Source of the DNA: Octopus bimaculoides
Taxonomy: Eukaryota
DNA length: 64,000 nucleotides
Direction of reading: 5' to 3'
NCBI RefSeq assembly: GCF_001194135.2
Contig: NC_068984.1
Location: 65,418,713-65,482,712, forward strand
The notes beneath the pieces were generated by a model that made no database searches, was not told the DNA's origin, and was given only the letters and a program-made list of their open reading frames with translations. Positions 53,130 through 64,000 of the stretch are shown one piece after another. How positions within the stretch are numbered: position 1 is the stretch's first letter; every line of letters begins with the position of its first letter. A program made the translations under genes and the position numbers.

Positions 53130-53880
53130 TACATTGGGTGCTCCCAATGTAAAATACAGGAATGCAAGAGATGCAGAAGGATCAAAGGTAGGCTAACAAA
53201 GAAAGACATCATAATAAGGAAATGTTTTGGATTAATTAGCAGAAAGAACATCCATAAAATATACTTTCAAATACTCTGGGGGATCAATAGCTTCTGTTAT
53301 CTATGTGATCAAATTAGCAGTAAAAGATGGACTCTCGAAAGCATTGCAGAGTAAGAACAAAATGAAAAATTTCAAGGAGCTATTAACTTTGCTGGCAAGA
53401 TAAATTAGTCTTCTAGATAGATTGTGATGCTTGCATACATATATAGCAATGTTGCATCATAATGAAACATGAGTACTGAATGCAGGTGATGTGTGTAGGC
53501 TGGGAAGAAGTGAAGCCATCATGCTCTGGTAGATGTTTAAGGTCAGTATGCATGAGTGACAAAGAACATACAAAACTGAGAGAAAAACTAGGTATAAAAG
53601 GAATCATATTCAGGTGTAGAGGAAGAAAATATGTTAACATAGATATGTGAGGATGTGGCAATTGGGTAAAGAAATGAAAGGTGATAAAAATTTGTAGAAG
53701 AGAAGGACTAAGGAAGATGTAAGAAGAAGCAAAGGTTAACCTCAGGAATCTGAACAATGTGAAGGTGCCAACAACGGATCAGAACAAGTGACAAGGCTTT
53801 CTGTTGGAGTAAAACCAGTGTAACTCTGGCAAACATGAAAAGCTTAGACAAAGAGTAAAACAAGAAAGGTAAAATGAGCT
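53130..53880 (+). mobile_element. RTE-clade LINE 3' fragment (RT C-terminus and tail), heavily decayed
   Basis: Broken translation SFCYL(C)DQISS, KF(K)ELL, LHHNET*, RGR..-like segment; the 3' end (AACTCTGGCAAACATGAAAA) resembles the family A SINE tail. Confidence 0.7.
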
Positions 53881-54489
53881 TTGAAATATGCATGTAACCA
53901 TCTATATACTTGTATACACATACGTATAAATTGTAAAGATTACTCAAAGACAAGCTGTGAGCATGAATTTCTCATAAATTAAAAAAAAAAACTTGAGGAA
54001 AGAAAGATAGAAAAAATGACATATGAATCAGTTCAGTAGCAACAGGTACCACAGAATTGATATGAATTCATGCAGTTAAGTGGATTCTGCTACAGGTACC
54101 CAAGAACCAGGTGGTGCATTCTAATCAAGAGCCGAGAGCAGATTCTGCTAAAATCACTCAAGAAACAAACATCAAAATTAGTCATTGCAATGGGTTTACC
54201 ACACCAAGAATAAGTGCAGTTCTGCAGTCAACAGGTTTCTGCCAAATTTACATCCCCAAAATTTTACTTATAACAATTCAGGTTCACAGGGAACTATAAG
54301 TGTAATGTAAACTTCTTAGCCATGTATATGTGTACCCCACCATACACATATTCATATACACACACATATTCATATATATATATATATATATAGAAACGTC
54401 ATACACTCTTTCTTTCCTTTCATGAGCATCCAATAACACTATCCATATCACGTCCTCACTTTGTTGTTTTTTGTTATTGTTTTTTTGAA

Positions 54490-54523
<34 letters not shown>

Positions 54524-54589
54524 TAATGAGGTTAAAATGGTATTAATGTCAGTTGCTATGGAACAGCCATGTTGAAGTGGCGATAAACA

Positions 54590-54636
54590 TTACTTCTCAA
54601 TATAGTTACAACTCTCATCTCTGATATTTTCTAACT

Positions 54637-54669
<33 letters not shown>

Positions 54670-55045
54670 CACACAGGCATGAAATTACATACTTAGGCAC
54701 AGACATTGCAGCAAACTTTGCACAACACAACAACTTGCACAAGTGACTTCTGCTATTTGTCCTTGGTTAATCAATGCTTTGTGAGTGAACTTGATAGATG
54801 GAAACGGTGTCCAGTCTTGACATATACATGTGTGTTTGAGTGTGTGTGTGTCTGTGTATGCTTGTTTCCCTGCTCATCACACCATTTAAATGTTGGTGTA
54901 GGTTTGTTAATGTTCCTGTAATTTAGTACTTCAGCAAAAGAGACTGATAAAAATAAAAGGCATGTAATAAGGGTGATCTGTTTTAACTAAACCATTTCAA
55001 GCTGGTGCCCAGCATGAGCAAAAGTCCATTGACTGAAACAAGAAA
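54590..55045 (+). mobile_element. SINE family B, degenerate
   Basis: CCTTGGTTAATCAATGCTTTGTGAGTGAACTTG..GATGGAAAC, internal (TG)n, tail GGTGCCCAGCATG..CAAAAGTCCATTGACTGAAACAAG. Confidence 0.7.
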
Positions 55046-55494
55046 TAGATTACGATAAATGATATATTGAAAAGTCAGCAAAAGGGTGAAAAAAATCTCT
55101 AGTGAAGATTTGGCTAGACAAATCTCAAAAATCAGCAATATTGAGGCTCCAAAAGATTGTGTGAAGTTTTGACCCGACAATATTTTTGCATGATAAATTT
55201 TATTTATGCAAATAAGAAATTATTGATTTTTATCTCATATATTCTTTTCTATAGGTTCTTCATAATCAAACTTACTTTAGGGTGAAGGCCTAACAATCCT
55301 CCAAGGAAGTCTCATAAAATGTCTACTCAGAAAGTCACTGCATGGATAGTATGTATATGTATACACACACGCAAATACAAATATGTATGTGTGTGTATGT
55401 GATTGTGTGTGTTTATGTATATATACACACACACACTTAGAGCCAAATGAAATCATAGTCATAGCCAATATCAGTGACATGTAAAAGGTGCCCA

Positions 55495-55680
55495 TGATGG
55501 TAACACATAAGAGGCATCCACTACACTCTGTGGAAAGGTTGGTTTTAAGAAGGGCATCCAGCCATAAAAACCAAGCCAGAACAGACTGGAGCCTGGTACA
55601 GCTCTCTGGATTACAAGTTCCAACCTAACCATCTAACCCATGCCAGCTTGGAAAACAGACACTAAATGATGATGATGATA
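55495..55680 (+). mobile_element. SINE family A
   Basis: GGTTGGTTTTAAGAAGGGCATCCAGCC...CCCATGCCAGCTTGGAAAACAGACACTAAATGATGATGATG. Confidence 0.85.
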
Positions 55681-58600
55681 TACGGTTTAGTAGGCTATGC
55701 AAAGCTTTTGCCCTATTTTTGCATAACCAGCTTTTTACTGTAGCTGATGACAAGCAAGTCAAACAACTGAAAGTGACATAAACAAGCATAAAATAATCTT
55801 TTCCAATACAATCTTTTTCTTTAAATTGACTAAGTGACAACCTAATACATCTCCACAGAATATGATGAACACATGACCTTTGACACATTATGGTATTCCA
55901 TCTAATGTTCCCATTCCATCTAATGTTCAAAAGCTGAAATATTGAAAACCTCTTGAAATTAGAACATAACAACAAGCTTAAACCTCCATCAATAACACTA
56001 AAATCTCAATATTACTTATATTAAAGAACTGGTTGCAACACTACTCCATTGTTTGTTACTCTTATACCACATTGCTAAAACATGTATGCTCTTTACAAAG
56101 GCAAAGAGTATGCATTCATGTATTCTTTGCAAAAAATATGCAGCCATTCGCGAGGGAAAAAAATGTAAATAATGTGAACAATTTTGCCCCATTTTCATTA
56201 CAGACCCATAAAATATTTTAGCTTTATAAAGTATGAGTATGTATTGAAGATAGTATGTATTCTATATCTAAAAGAGTTGAGGTTTTTTATGGCTAAGTCA
56301 GATGAAGGTGAAAGCCTAATATTGTCTTTCAGGATATGTAAAATTAGTGAGGAAAAGGGAAGAAAAAATAAACTATGCTCAAGATTTGCTGCAATAGGAA
56401 GCAATTCTCAGACCAAAATACCTAATCTGAATGCTCGTCAAAGATGAAATCTTCCAATGGCACCCTGAAGCTGGTGATGATGGTAGTGGTGGTGGTGTTA
56501 AATTGGGCAACAGAGACTTACTAGGTTACATGTACACATAGAACACATAAATACAAATTTTTACTACATTAGGAAAAAAAACTCCTCTTAAGGATAAAAC
56601 ATGAATCACGAACATGCTCCTATCACGAGTATGCCCGAATGGTTAAATAATAAAATGTATAGAATTGATATATCTATGAACCCATTCTGTCATGTTACAA
56701 GGTGGGAACTCTAGTCATGATAGTAAATAAATTATAATTTACCTTATCCTCTATCTAACATTCTACAATAAAAGTTTTCAGGTTTTTAAATCTGCCAATT
56801 TTGCACCTACTTAAATTAAAACCTATGAAAGTGCATGTCTTTCGAACTCATTGCAAAAACACATTTCAGTTTTTCCTACTTTCAGAAATTGTTCCCCAGC
56901 CCCTGATTACTGCAAACTGAACATCAGTTGCTTCTGCCTAAGTTATCCTTCCATCACACCAATCAAGCAATGCCCATAGCAACTAAGAGCATTGCCTCTC
57001 ATTTCCAAATAACTGATATTAAAAGAAAACTACATACCAAGGGGAATGTATGTGTATTTCTATCTAGTAATTATACTATTAAATTCACAATAATCCTGTG
57101 TCATTATCAATGTTAATCTGATTTTTCTATCTTTCTCTCTCTCTATCCCTTTCCCACTTACACTTTCTCTTTTTGCTCCTCTCCCTGATACATGTAGCTC
57201 TGCCAAAGACAAGCATTGGTTTCTATTGGCTTGTGATTTTTACACTAGATTACATTTCATTTAACATCGTATATATGAAAGAGTTGCATAGTGTTTGCAG
57301 CTACATTGTTATCATTGACTAGAGTAGTGTGACAACCACATAGAAATTTTCCTCTGTTAGCTCAATGTAAACTTTATGATATTTAGTCCCTGATCTAACA
57401 GGCTTATAATGGAAGCTACTCTAGTCATAACACCAATGTCATTTTGCATATCTGGAACTAATTGTCTAGTAAATCTAGATAGGGTATGACATGAATGTTA
57501 TTTTGTCAGTATTTCAATCACATTGCATGGCCATGTAGAGGCTCCTTTATTAAATAATGTGACCAGCTAACATTGATTTACATCATGTTATTTGTTAGGT
57601 TGGGATACAGCAGAAAGCAGCTCTGACACCCTTTCTCACCTTTTCACATTTTTCATTTTCACTCCCTCAGAGATATCTGTTTAACAAGAGGTATAATGTG
57701 ACAGATTGCAAAAAGAGTTTCATGTATGTGTACACGTGCATGCATGCACACACACACACATTAATGTCATTATAATGAAGATTTAAACTGGAGGAATTTG
57801 AGTTGTATAGTATGAGAATGAAATAGCTTTCAAGATGGTTGTGAAGAAAGTTAACACAGCAGCCCTGAGATGAACAAGACAAAAATGAAAATTAGAATTG
57901 CCAAAATTTTAATACTGCTTGATTCTACAACAAAGTGCAAAATCATTTTATCACAATCCACAAAACAAAAGTGTGGGTATATAAGGACACTTAAATAACT
58001 ATCAAGACATGGAAGTTGTGAAAATTTGTAGTTTAAATCTGTGTAACTGATGTTTAAGTAATTTTGTGAGTTAAATAAATATCACAAATAACAGTTCCAA
58101 ACTACCCATTGAATTTCTGCTGAAGCTAATGCAAGGTAAAGATCTTATCTAAAGTAGATTAAGTGCAGTGGGATTCATAATGGCTCTCAGAGTGTATGCT
58201 TCTTAGAAGTTATCCTACTCAAGGGAGTAACATACAAGCAAGCATTTTCCCCATAAAACTCAGCAAGGAGAATCCTCAAATTATTGCCTTCTTGTTAATC
58301 ACTTTTATATGTAAATATGTAAATGGAAAGAAAGAAAGAGACCAGATTTCCAAACATCTCAGCTCATCTTGCTATTAGATTTTAAATAATAGTTCTGATT
58401 AAAGTTTGTTTGTGGTGGATGTATGAAATAGCCTATTTCAACTCACCACATAAGGATATCCTCTTCCATAAGCAAAGCATGTGTATTTATGTATACAAGT
58501 ACACACACATATGTGCGTATTTTTTTATTTTACTGATTTCAGCCACTGACTGATGTCATACTGGAGCAAAATCTAGAAGAGTTTTAATCAACTACATCAA

Positions 58601-59611
58601 GCACATTTATTTCACTCTGGTACTTCTTTTGTCAGTTACTATTTCAATAGCTAAGTTTATTATTCAGTTGAATGGATGAAATGCAAAACACCAATTTAAC
58701 TATATCATACAGAATTACACACACACACATACACACACACAACAGGTTTCCACACAATCACACACACACACAACAGGTTTCCACACAGTTTCTGTCAGCC
58801 ATATTCCTCTCATCAGAATATTGGTCAATTCACTCTGGAACCATGTCACTCACTGCAAAGCAAACTTCTCAACAACATGGTTACATTAATAGAATGCTTT
58901 GACTAACTGTTAACTGAAGTGTTAAAGATCAGCATCAATCAATGATGCTGTCTTTTTTAATGATGAAGATACTTAATTCTCAAATAGGACACTGTGGTAC
59001 AGACTGCAGCTATAAATAGTGTTTTATTAACTTCTGGTGCTATGATGAATTTCTGCTAAAAGAAGAGTTGTGCCAGGTTAAATTGCTCAAAACATATTAC
59101 ATAAAGGTTGGGTAACTATCACCACACACATGCCTGAGTGTGTATCTGTGAGTGGGGATGTCGTTTGCTGAGTGAACAGGACATGAAGAACCCTCTTGTA
59201 ATGTTTCCTAGCAGCTGATGTACAGGAGTTGAGACAGATCAGCTTGCTGAAGCACTCGAGTACTTTAAGATTTTTGTGCCTATCACCATTTCATACCTGT
59301 GACTTCCCAAGTTTATCACTAAACCAAAGAAAGACAAAAGGTGATCTTTGTTTAAGGTGGGGTGGGTAGAGGTGGGTGTTTCCAGTGACAAGCTTTGAGA
59401 TATTAATGCATATCATTCTGAGCTAAAATCAGATATCATAAGTCATCTAATCTACTACTCTAACATTCCATCAATCTGCTGCTCTGGGCTAGTACCTTAC
59501 TATCAATTTGAAAAAGCAAAAAGATGGGATCTAAACTCAGAACACAGGAAGCAAAAACAAATGCTACAACACATCCTATCCTACTCTCAAATGGCTTTAT
59601 TAATTATTTGA

Positions 59612-59668
<57 letters not shown>

Positions 59669-59936
59669 GTGTGTGTGTAACATAACAGATTAGGGATTTG
59701 GAATCTGGGCAGTTACCTTTTCTGCTCTCTGATATAATCCAGATTTGGTTAACCACAATAAGGTAAACAATTAAAAAGTACTTCATTTGATAGGTAAGTC
59801 CTCAATTAACCTCAAAGGATTTCATACAGCATACACAGCATATGATCAAGACATCATAGAGAAAAATGGTGTACAGGAGTTGAGATAGATCATCTTCAAA
59901 ATTTATTTATTACATCATTAGTATTATTCTCATTAG

Positions 59937-60233
59937 ATTCCAATCCGACATGCTTCTGCAGGACGTGTGTCCTAGTTTCTATTGATGCATTTATGAGTTT
60001 TAAGTTGATTCAACTGTTCTACAACCAATTCATCCAAGCTAGACATTCCTGTGCAGATATGTTAAGGTATCATCCATGCAGATGGGTGAAGTGAATACCT
60101 TGAACAAAGCTGCATAGACATGCCTACCTTGGATGAATATGTACAGCAACTGAATCAAATAAATGCGCCTTAATGTTACATCAAAGGAGACTAGGACATG
60201 TATCCAGCAGAAATACATGTTGGATTGGAATTT
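59937..60233. repeat. Foldback element (arms ~130 bp, short loop), probable MITE
   Basis: The left arm ATTCCAATCCGACATGCTTCTGCAGGA..GTCCTAGT..TTGATG..TTCATCCAAGCTAG..AAGGTAT matches the reverse complement of the right arm with scattered substitutions. Confidence 0.8.
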
Positions 60234-60325
60234 AAAAATAGTAATACTGTAATATTATAAATAAATTTTTAAGATGTATATTTATAATATTACAGTATTA
60301 CTATTTTTAAATTCCAATCCAACAT
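60217..60325. repeat. Perfect 47-bp inverted repeat with a 15-nt spacer
   Basis: 60217-60263 is the exact reverse complement of 60279-60325. Confidence 0.9.
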
Positions 60326-60590
60326 TTAACATCCATTGTCCATGCTGGCATGGGTTGGATGGTTTGAACAGAGCTGGCAAGCTGAGGGGCTGCTCCAGAT
60401 TCATCTGATTTGGCATGGTTTCTATGGCTGGATGCCCTTCCTAACACCGACCACTCTGAGAGTGTAATGGATGTTTTTATGTGCCACCGGCATGAGTGGT
60501 AGTTGTGTGACATCAGTATCTGCCACAACTATGATTTCACTTGGCTTGATCAGTCTTCCACTCAAGCATGTTATATTGCCAAAGGTCTCG
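60322..60590 (-). mobile_element. SINE family A
   Basis: TTTAACATCCATTGTCCATGCTGGCATGGGTTGG...GGATGCCCTTCCTAACACC. Confidence 0.85.
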
Positions 60591-60594
60591 ATCA

Positions 60595-60790
60595 ATTGCT
60601 GTGTCGCCGTGAGGTTTAGAAACTTGCTTCCCAACCATGTGGCCTTAAGTTCAGTCCCACTGAGTAGTACTTCAGAATAATGTTTTCTACTATAACCCTG
60701 AGTGAACCAAAGCTATGTAAGTGAAAATGGGCAAAGGAAACTGAAAGAAGCCTGTAATATATAATTATTGCGTGGGGTGGGGGAGAGGAA
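60595..60790 (+). mobile_element. SINE family B 5' part
   Basis: CTTGCTTCCCAACCATGTGG..GTTCAGTCCCACTG..TTCTACTATAACCCTGAG..GGAAACTGAAAGAAGCCT. Confidence 0.75.
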
Positions 60791-62119
60791 TCACCATTAG
60801 TCAACTTGTTATTTTAGGCATAGCAATTATTTTATTTACAACCTTGTATGTTTTTTCCCTAGGTGCCCCTGCACCTGCAATATGTCTTTAAAGATGATAA
60901 TGTGGAAATTTGACTGAAGGAACTAGATATAAGACCTAGTTAATTTGAAGACAATTACAGAATATGACAAAGAAACTGGAAGAATTACCTGAAAGACAGT
61001 TTGTATTCTGATATTTAGGGGTACATCACTGGCTACAGTATAAATCATCTTTGACTAATGCTTTACTGAATTTGATGCCTCACAAGTGGTAAGATTTCCA
61101 GGTGCTACATCTATCTAGTGTCTTGCTGTTTTGCTCAAAGAACTTTATTTGTATTCTCAAAAGCAGTCACTGCAGCGCTTTTGTACAATTTAAACCAGTC
61201 ATAGAGACTCTACAAATTGGCTCTGATAAAACATGAATAAATGAATAGAGCAACAAGAGAAAAAAAACAAAAAACATTCAATAAGGGTTGCCAAAAAATT
61301 AGCATGCTACAGAGACTATCTTATTGCTTTCACCAATCCTTACTGTGTTGGTGGGTGTATCACAGACCTACCAGACTTTACCACTTAACTCTAATGACAA
61401 GGTTAAGAATACGAGTTTGCAAATTGAATGATTCTTCCATCTTGTTAACATGTTGTATATTCTATTTTGACACTGATTTAAAATCAGTATCAACAATCTT
61501 ATGTTTCTCTGCCCATAATTGATACATAAACACTAAGTGCAAAATATACAGAGACTAAATAATAGATTATTTATTTCATTTACATCTTTGTTATATACTA
61601 TCAGATATGTATCTTTATTATTATAGTTATATATTCATTTATTCATTTCAGCATTGATAAAGACTAAATTCAAAATCATTGTAACTGTTTACTTTGTGGT
61701 ACACTCATTCAGCTTGAAGAAATTTGTTCAAATATTATGATTAAAATCCTAGAAGATACCAAATATTGACATTCATGTTTTTTTTTTGTTGTTCTTTATC
61801 CCCACCACCACCACCACCACCACACACATTGTTTGAGAATAACATTTGAACAGCCTTTAGCACTGATACCTTATACTGAATTATAAACACCATGACGCTA
61901 GTTTAAATGATCTACTTTACACATTATTTTAAGCTGACATTGCAAAGTTTTTGTTTTTTTTATTAGCGAATAAAAAAGCCAGGTTGCTTATAATGAACAT
62001 GTCTATGGCTCAAATTCCAAAAACTGAAATTTCCTAAGATTGATTATTTCTCTAGAATTCAATGTTTCCTCTGAGAAACATAATTAATTTTTACTTTTAT
62101 ATCACTTTTCAGTTATTAT

Positions 62120-62430
62120 TGTTATATATATATATGATAACTAGAACTCCATTGGTCCTGATGATGAGTGCTCCAGTTGATCTGATCAATAGAACAGCCT
62201 GCTTGGGAAATTAAGATGCAAGTGGCTGTGCACTCAACAGACATGTGTACTCTTAATGTAGTTCTCTCATAGAGATTCAGCATGACACAGAATGGCTGGC
62301 CCTTTGACATACAGGTACTACTTATTTTTGCTAGCTGAATGGACTGGAGCAACATGACATAAGGCATCTTGCTCAAGGACACAGCACACTATCATGAATT
62401 GAACTCACAATCTTACAATCATTAACCAAA
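62120..62430 (-). mobile_element. SINE with family D body and a different central domain
   Basis: AACAGCCTGCTTGGGAAATTAAGATGCAAGTGGCTG.. is the reverse complement of 34560-34664; joined to GACTGGAGC..CTTGCTCAAGGACAC. Confidence 0.8.
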
Positions 62431-64000
62431 TATCTCTCATATATATACATATATATATAGGAGGTATTTGGTTCATGATTGTAAGTATTAATTTCACTTT
62501 ACATAATACATATAATAAAAATAGTGAAGCAAATAATAATATGACATAGGCAATCAAATATTACACACACTGATATGCTTTAATATCTGTATTTTTTAAA
62601 AGCAATACTAAATTTAAGAATAACAGAAATTTAACCTTGAATAAATAAATATGGTAAAAAAATATTAAGGAAACAATTATATACCCTGCTTTGTTGCATT
62701 ATTCAAAAAGTTCAAAAATTATTTTCTATTACCATTTCTCAATTACTGTTCGCTGTCATCTTTTAATAACCAATTTTCCTCATCTTTGTATTTTGGAGCT
62801 CATTGTGTATTGGAATATTGTGCATGTAACGGGTGTTAACTAGTGAGCATCGTAACATCAACAATAAGGTCTGATCATGAGATTTTGTAAAAAGATATAT
62901 TTGAAAAAACTCTTTGATATCATTGGGCAGTTAAATTTAGCTAAACAATATTGCTTCGATATGTTTCAAGTAATGAATAAAAGAAATGACAAAAATTTCT
63001 TCAAGGTTGTAAATTCATAACAAATCTGAAATATCAGACTAGTAAGAACTAATGATGTAGGTTTATTACCTTAAGATATTGACATAATCAATTATATGTA
63101 GACACAGTTGTGATAACCGTAACAATATATGTACATTATTTGAATATGTGCACAGATAAATAGTATTTCTCTGAATTTAGATAACTATTGGAGATTATAA
63201 TTCAGAGCAAGCATCATGTGTAAAATTGGTTAAGTTAAAACAGAAAATGGATATTGAAATTTGGATAAGGAATGTTTATATGAGTGATGTAGTTATTAAA
63301 CAAAGTAAAATCAATCAACAAAATCCTTCATATTAAACACTGAAGTTGTAAGCTCTATAAAAAGACTGGTGCTCAGTAGAAGAAACCAAATTATATGATC
63401 CTGGGGGAAAAATAACCATCAAAAACTTTGATGAGCTACAAGATGTAATCTTGAAAGATGTATAGTTGAAATAAAACATTAAAAAATGTTTAAACATACA
63501 TGATCTCCAGAAGTAGGTCACTCATGTTCTAAAACTGAATAACTACAATAGAGACTAGTTGAGCAGTAAACAAGTTTTAAATTATCATTCAATGAGTCTT
63601 ACCCAACCTATTTAGAAGAAGAACCCATAAGAATTAAGAAATATAATTTTATGGAATTGTGGTTATCTTTCAAAGTTATATACTTGAGAAGTATCTAAAC
63701 AGAAAATAAACTGACAATATATATAAAGACAATCCATTCACCTGCTAATAGCTATGTGGTAGGCATTGCTGCTGATACACGCATTGAGAGCTGATAGAAA
63801 ACCAATGGAAATACAGAAAATGTTTAGATAAGCCTTACAGGAAATATTAAGAACAAATCATGAAAATTTCCAACAATCACTAAATCATATATTATATTTT
63901 GACATTGTTTAATTTCTGTGCTACATTATATGTGAGTAATTATTAATGAAATGAACAGAACTAATTTCATTAGTGTCACCCCAGATAATAGTTTTGTGGA

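Noticed and set aside
55742-55780. CTGATGA motif as another possible hammerhead
   Set aside because: No stem II or GAAA partner follows; other CTGATGA/CTGAAGA hits I checked also failed.
63370-63490. Protein-like plus frame (EETKLYDPGGKITIKNFDELQD) and a similar broken frame at 60862-60990
   Set aside because: Short, weak acceptors or internal stops, no partners; possibly decayed TE or chance.

Overview
AT-rich (roughly 30-35% GC by eye) eukaryotic genomic DNA, most likely an octopus (coleoid cephalopod). The basis is tRNA-derived SINE families I recognise as octopus-type, abundant (TA)n/(CA)n/(TGA)n/(AAT)n microsatellites, and N-gaps abutting (TA)n tracts. There are no prokaryotic genes, CRISPR arrays or rRNAs, and almost every entry in the ORF track is a microsatellite, N-gap or repeat artefact. 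Supportable content: (1) a phase-consistent six-exon minus-strand CDS at 2324-5839 with possible upstream exons, tentatively SHOC1/XPF-like (unverified); (2) three CpG-enriched promoter-like islands (~5.4-5.7, 28.6-28.9, 34.0-34.1 kb) and scattered candidate exons; (3) decayed transposons: two RTE LINE fragments, an R4/Dong LINE 3' fragment in an (AAT)n tract, an internally deleted mariner and TTAA-type MITEs; (4) many SINE copies from at least four modular families. The most unusual items are a tRNA-headed SINE-like element with Penelope-type minimal hammerhead ribozyme motifs in inverted duplication (46535-46923), and a ~300-bp foldback overlapping a perfect 47-bp inverted repeat (59937-60325).
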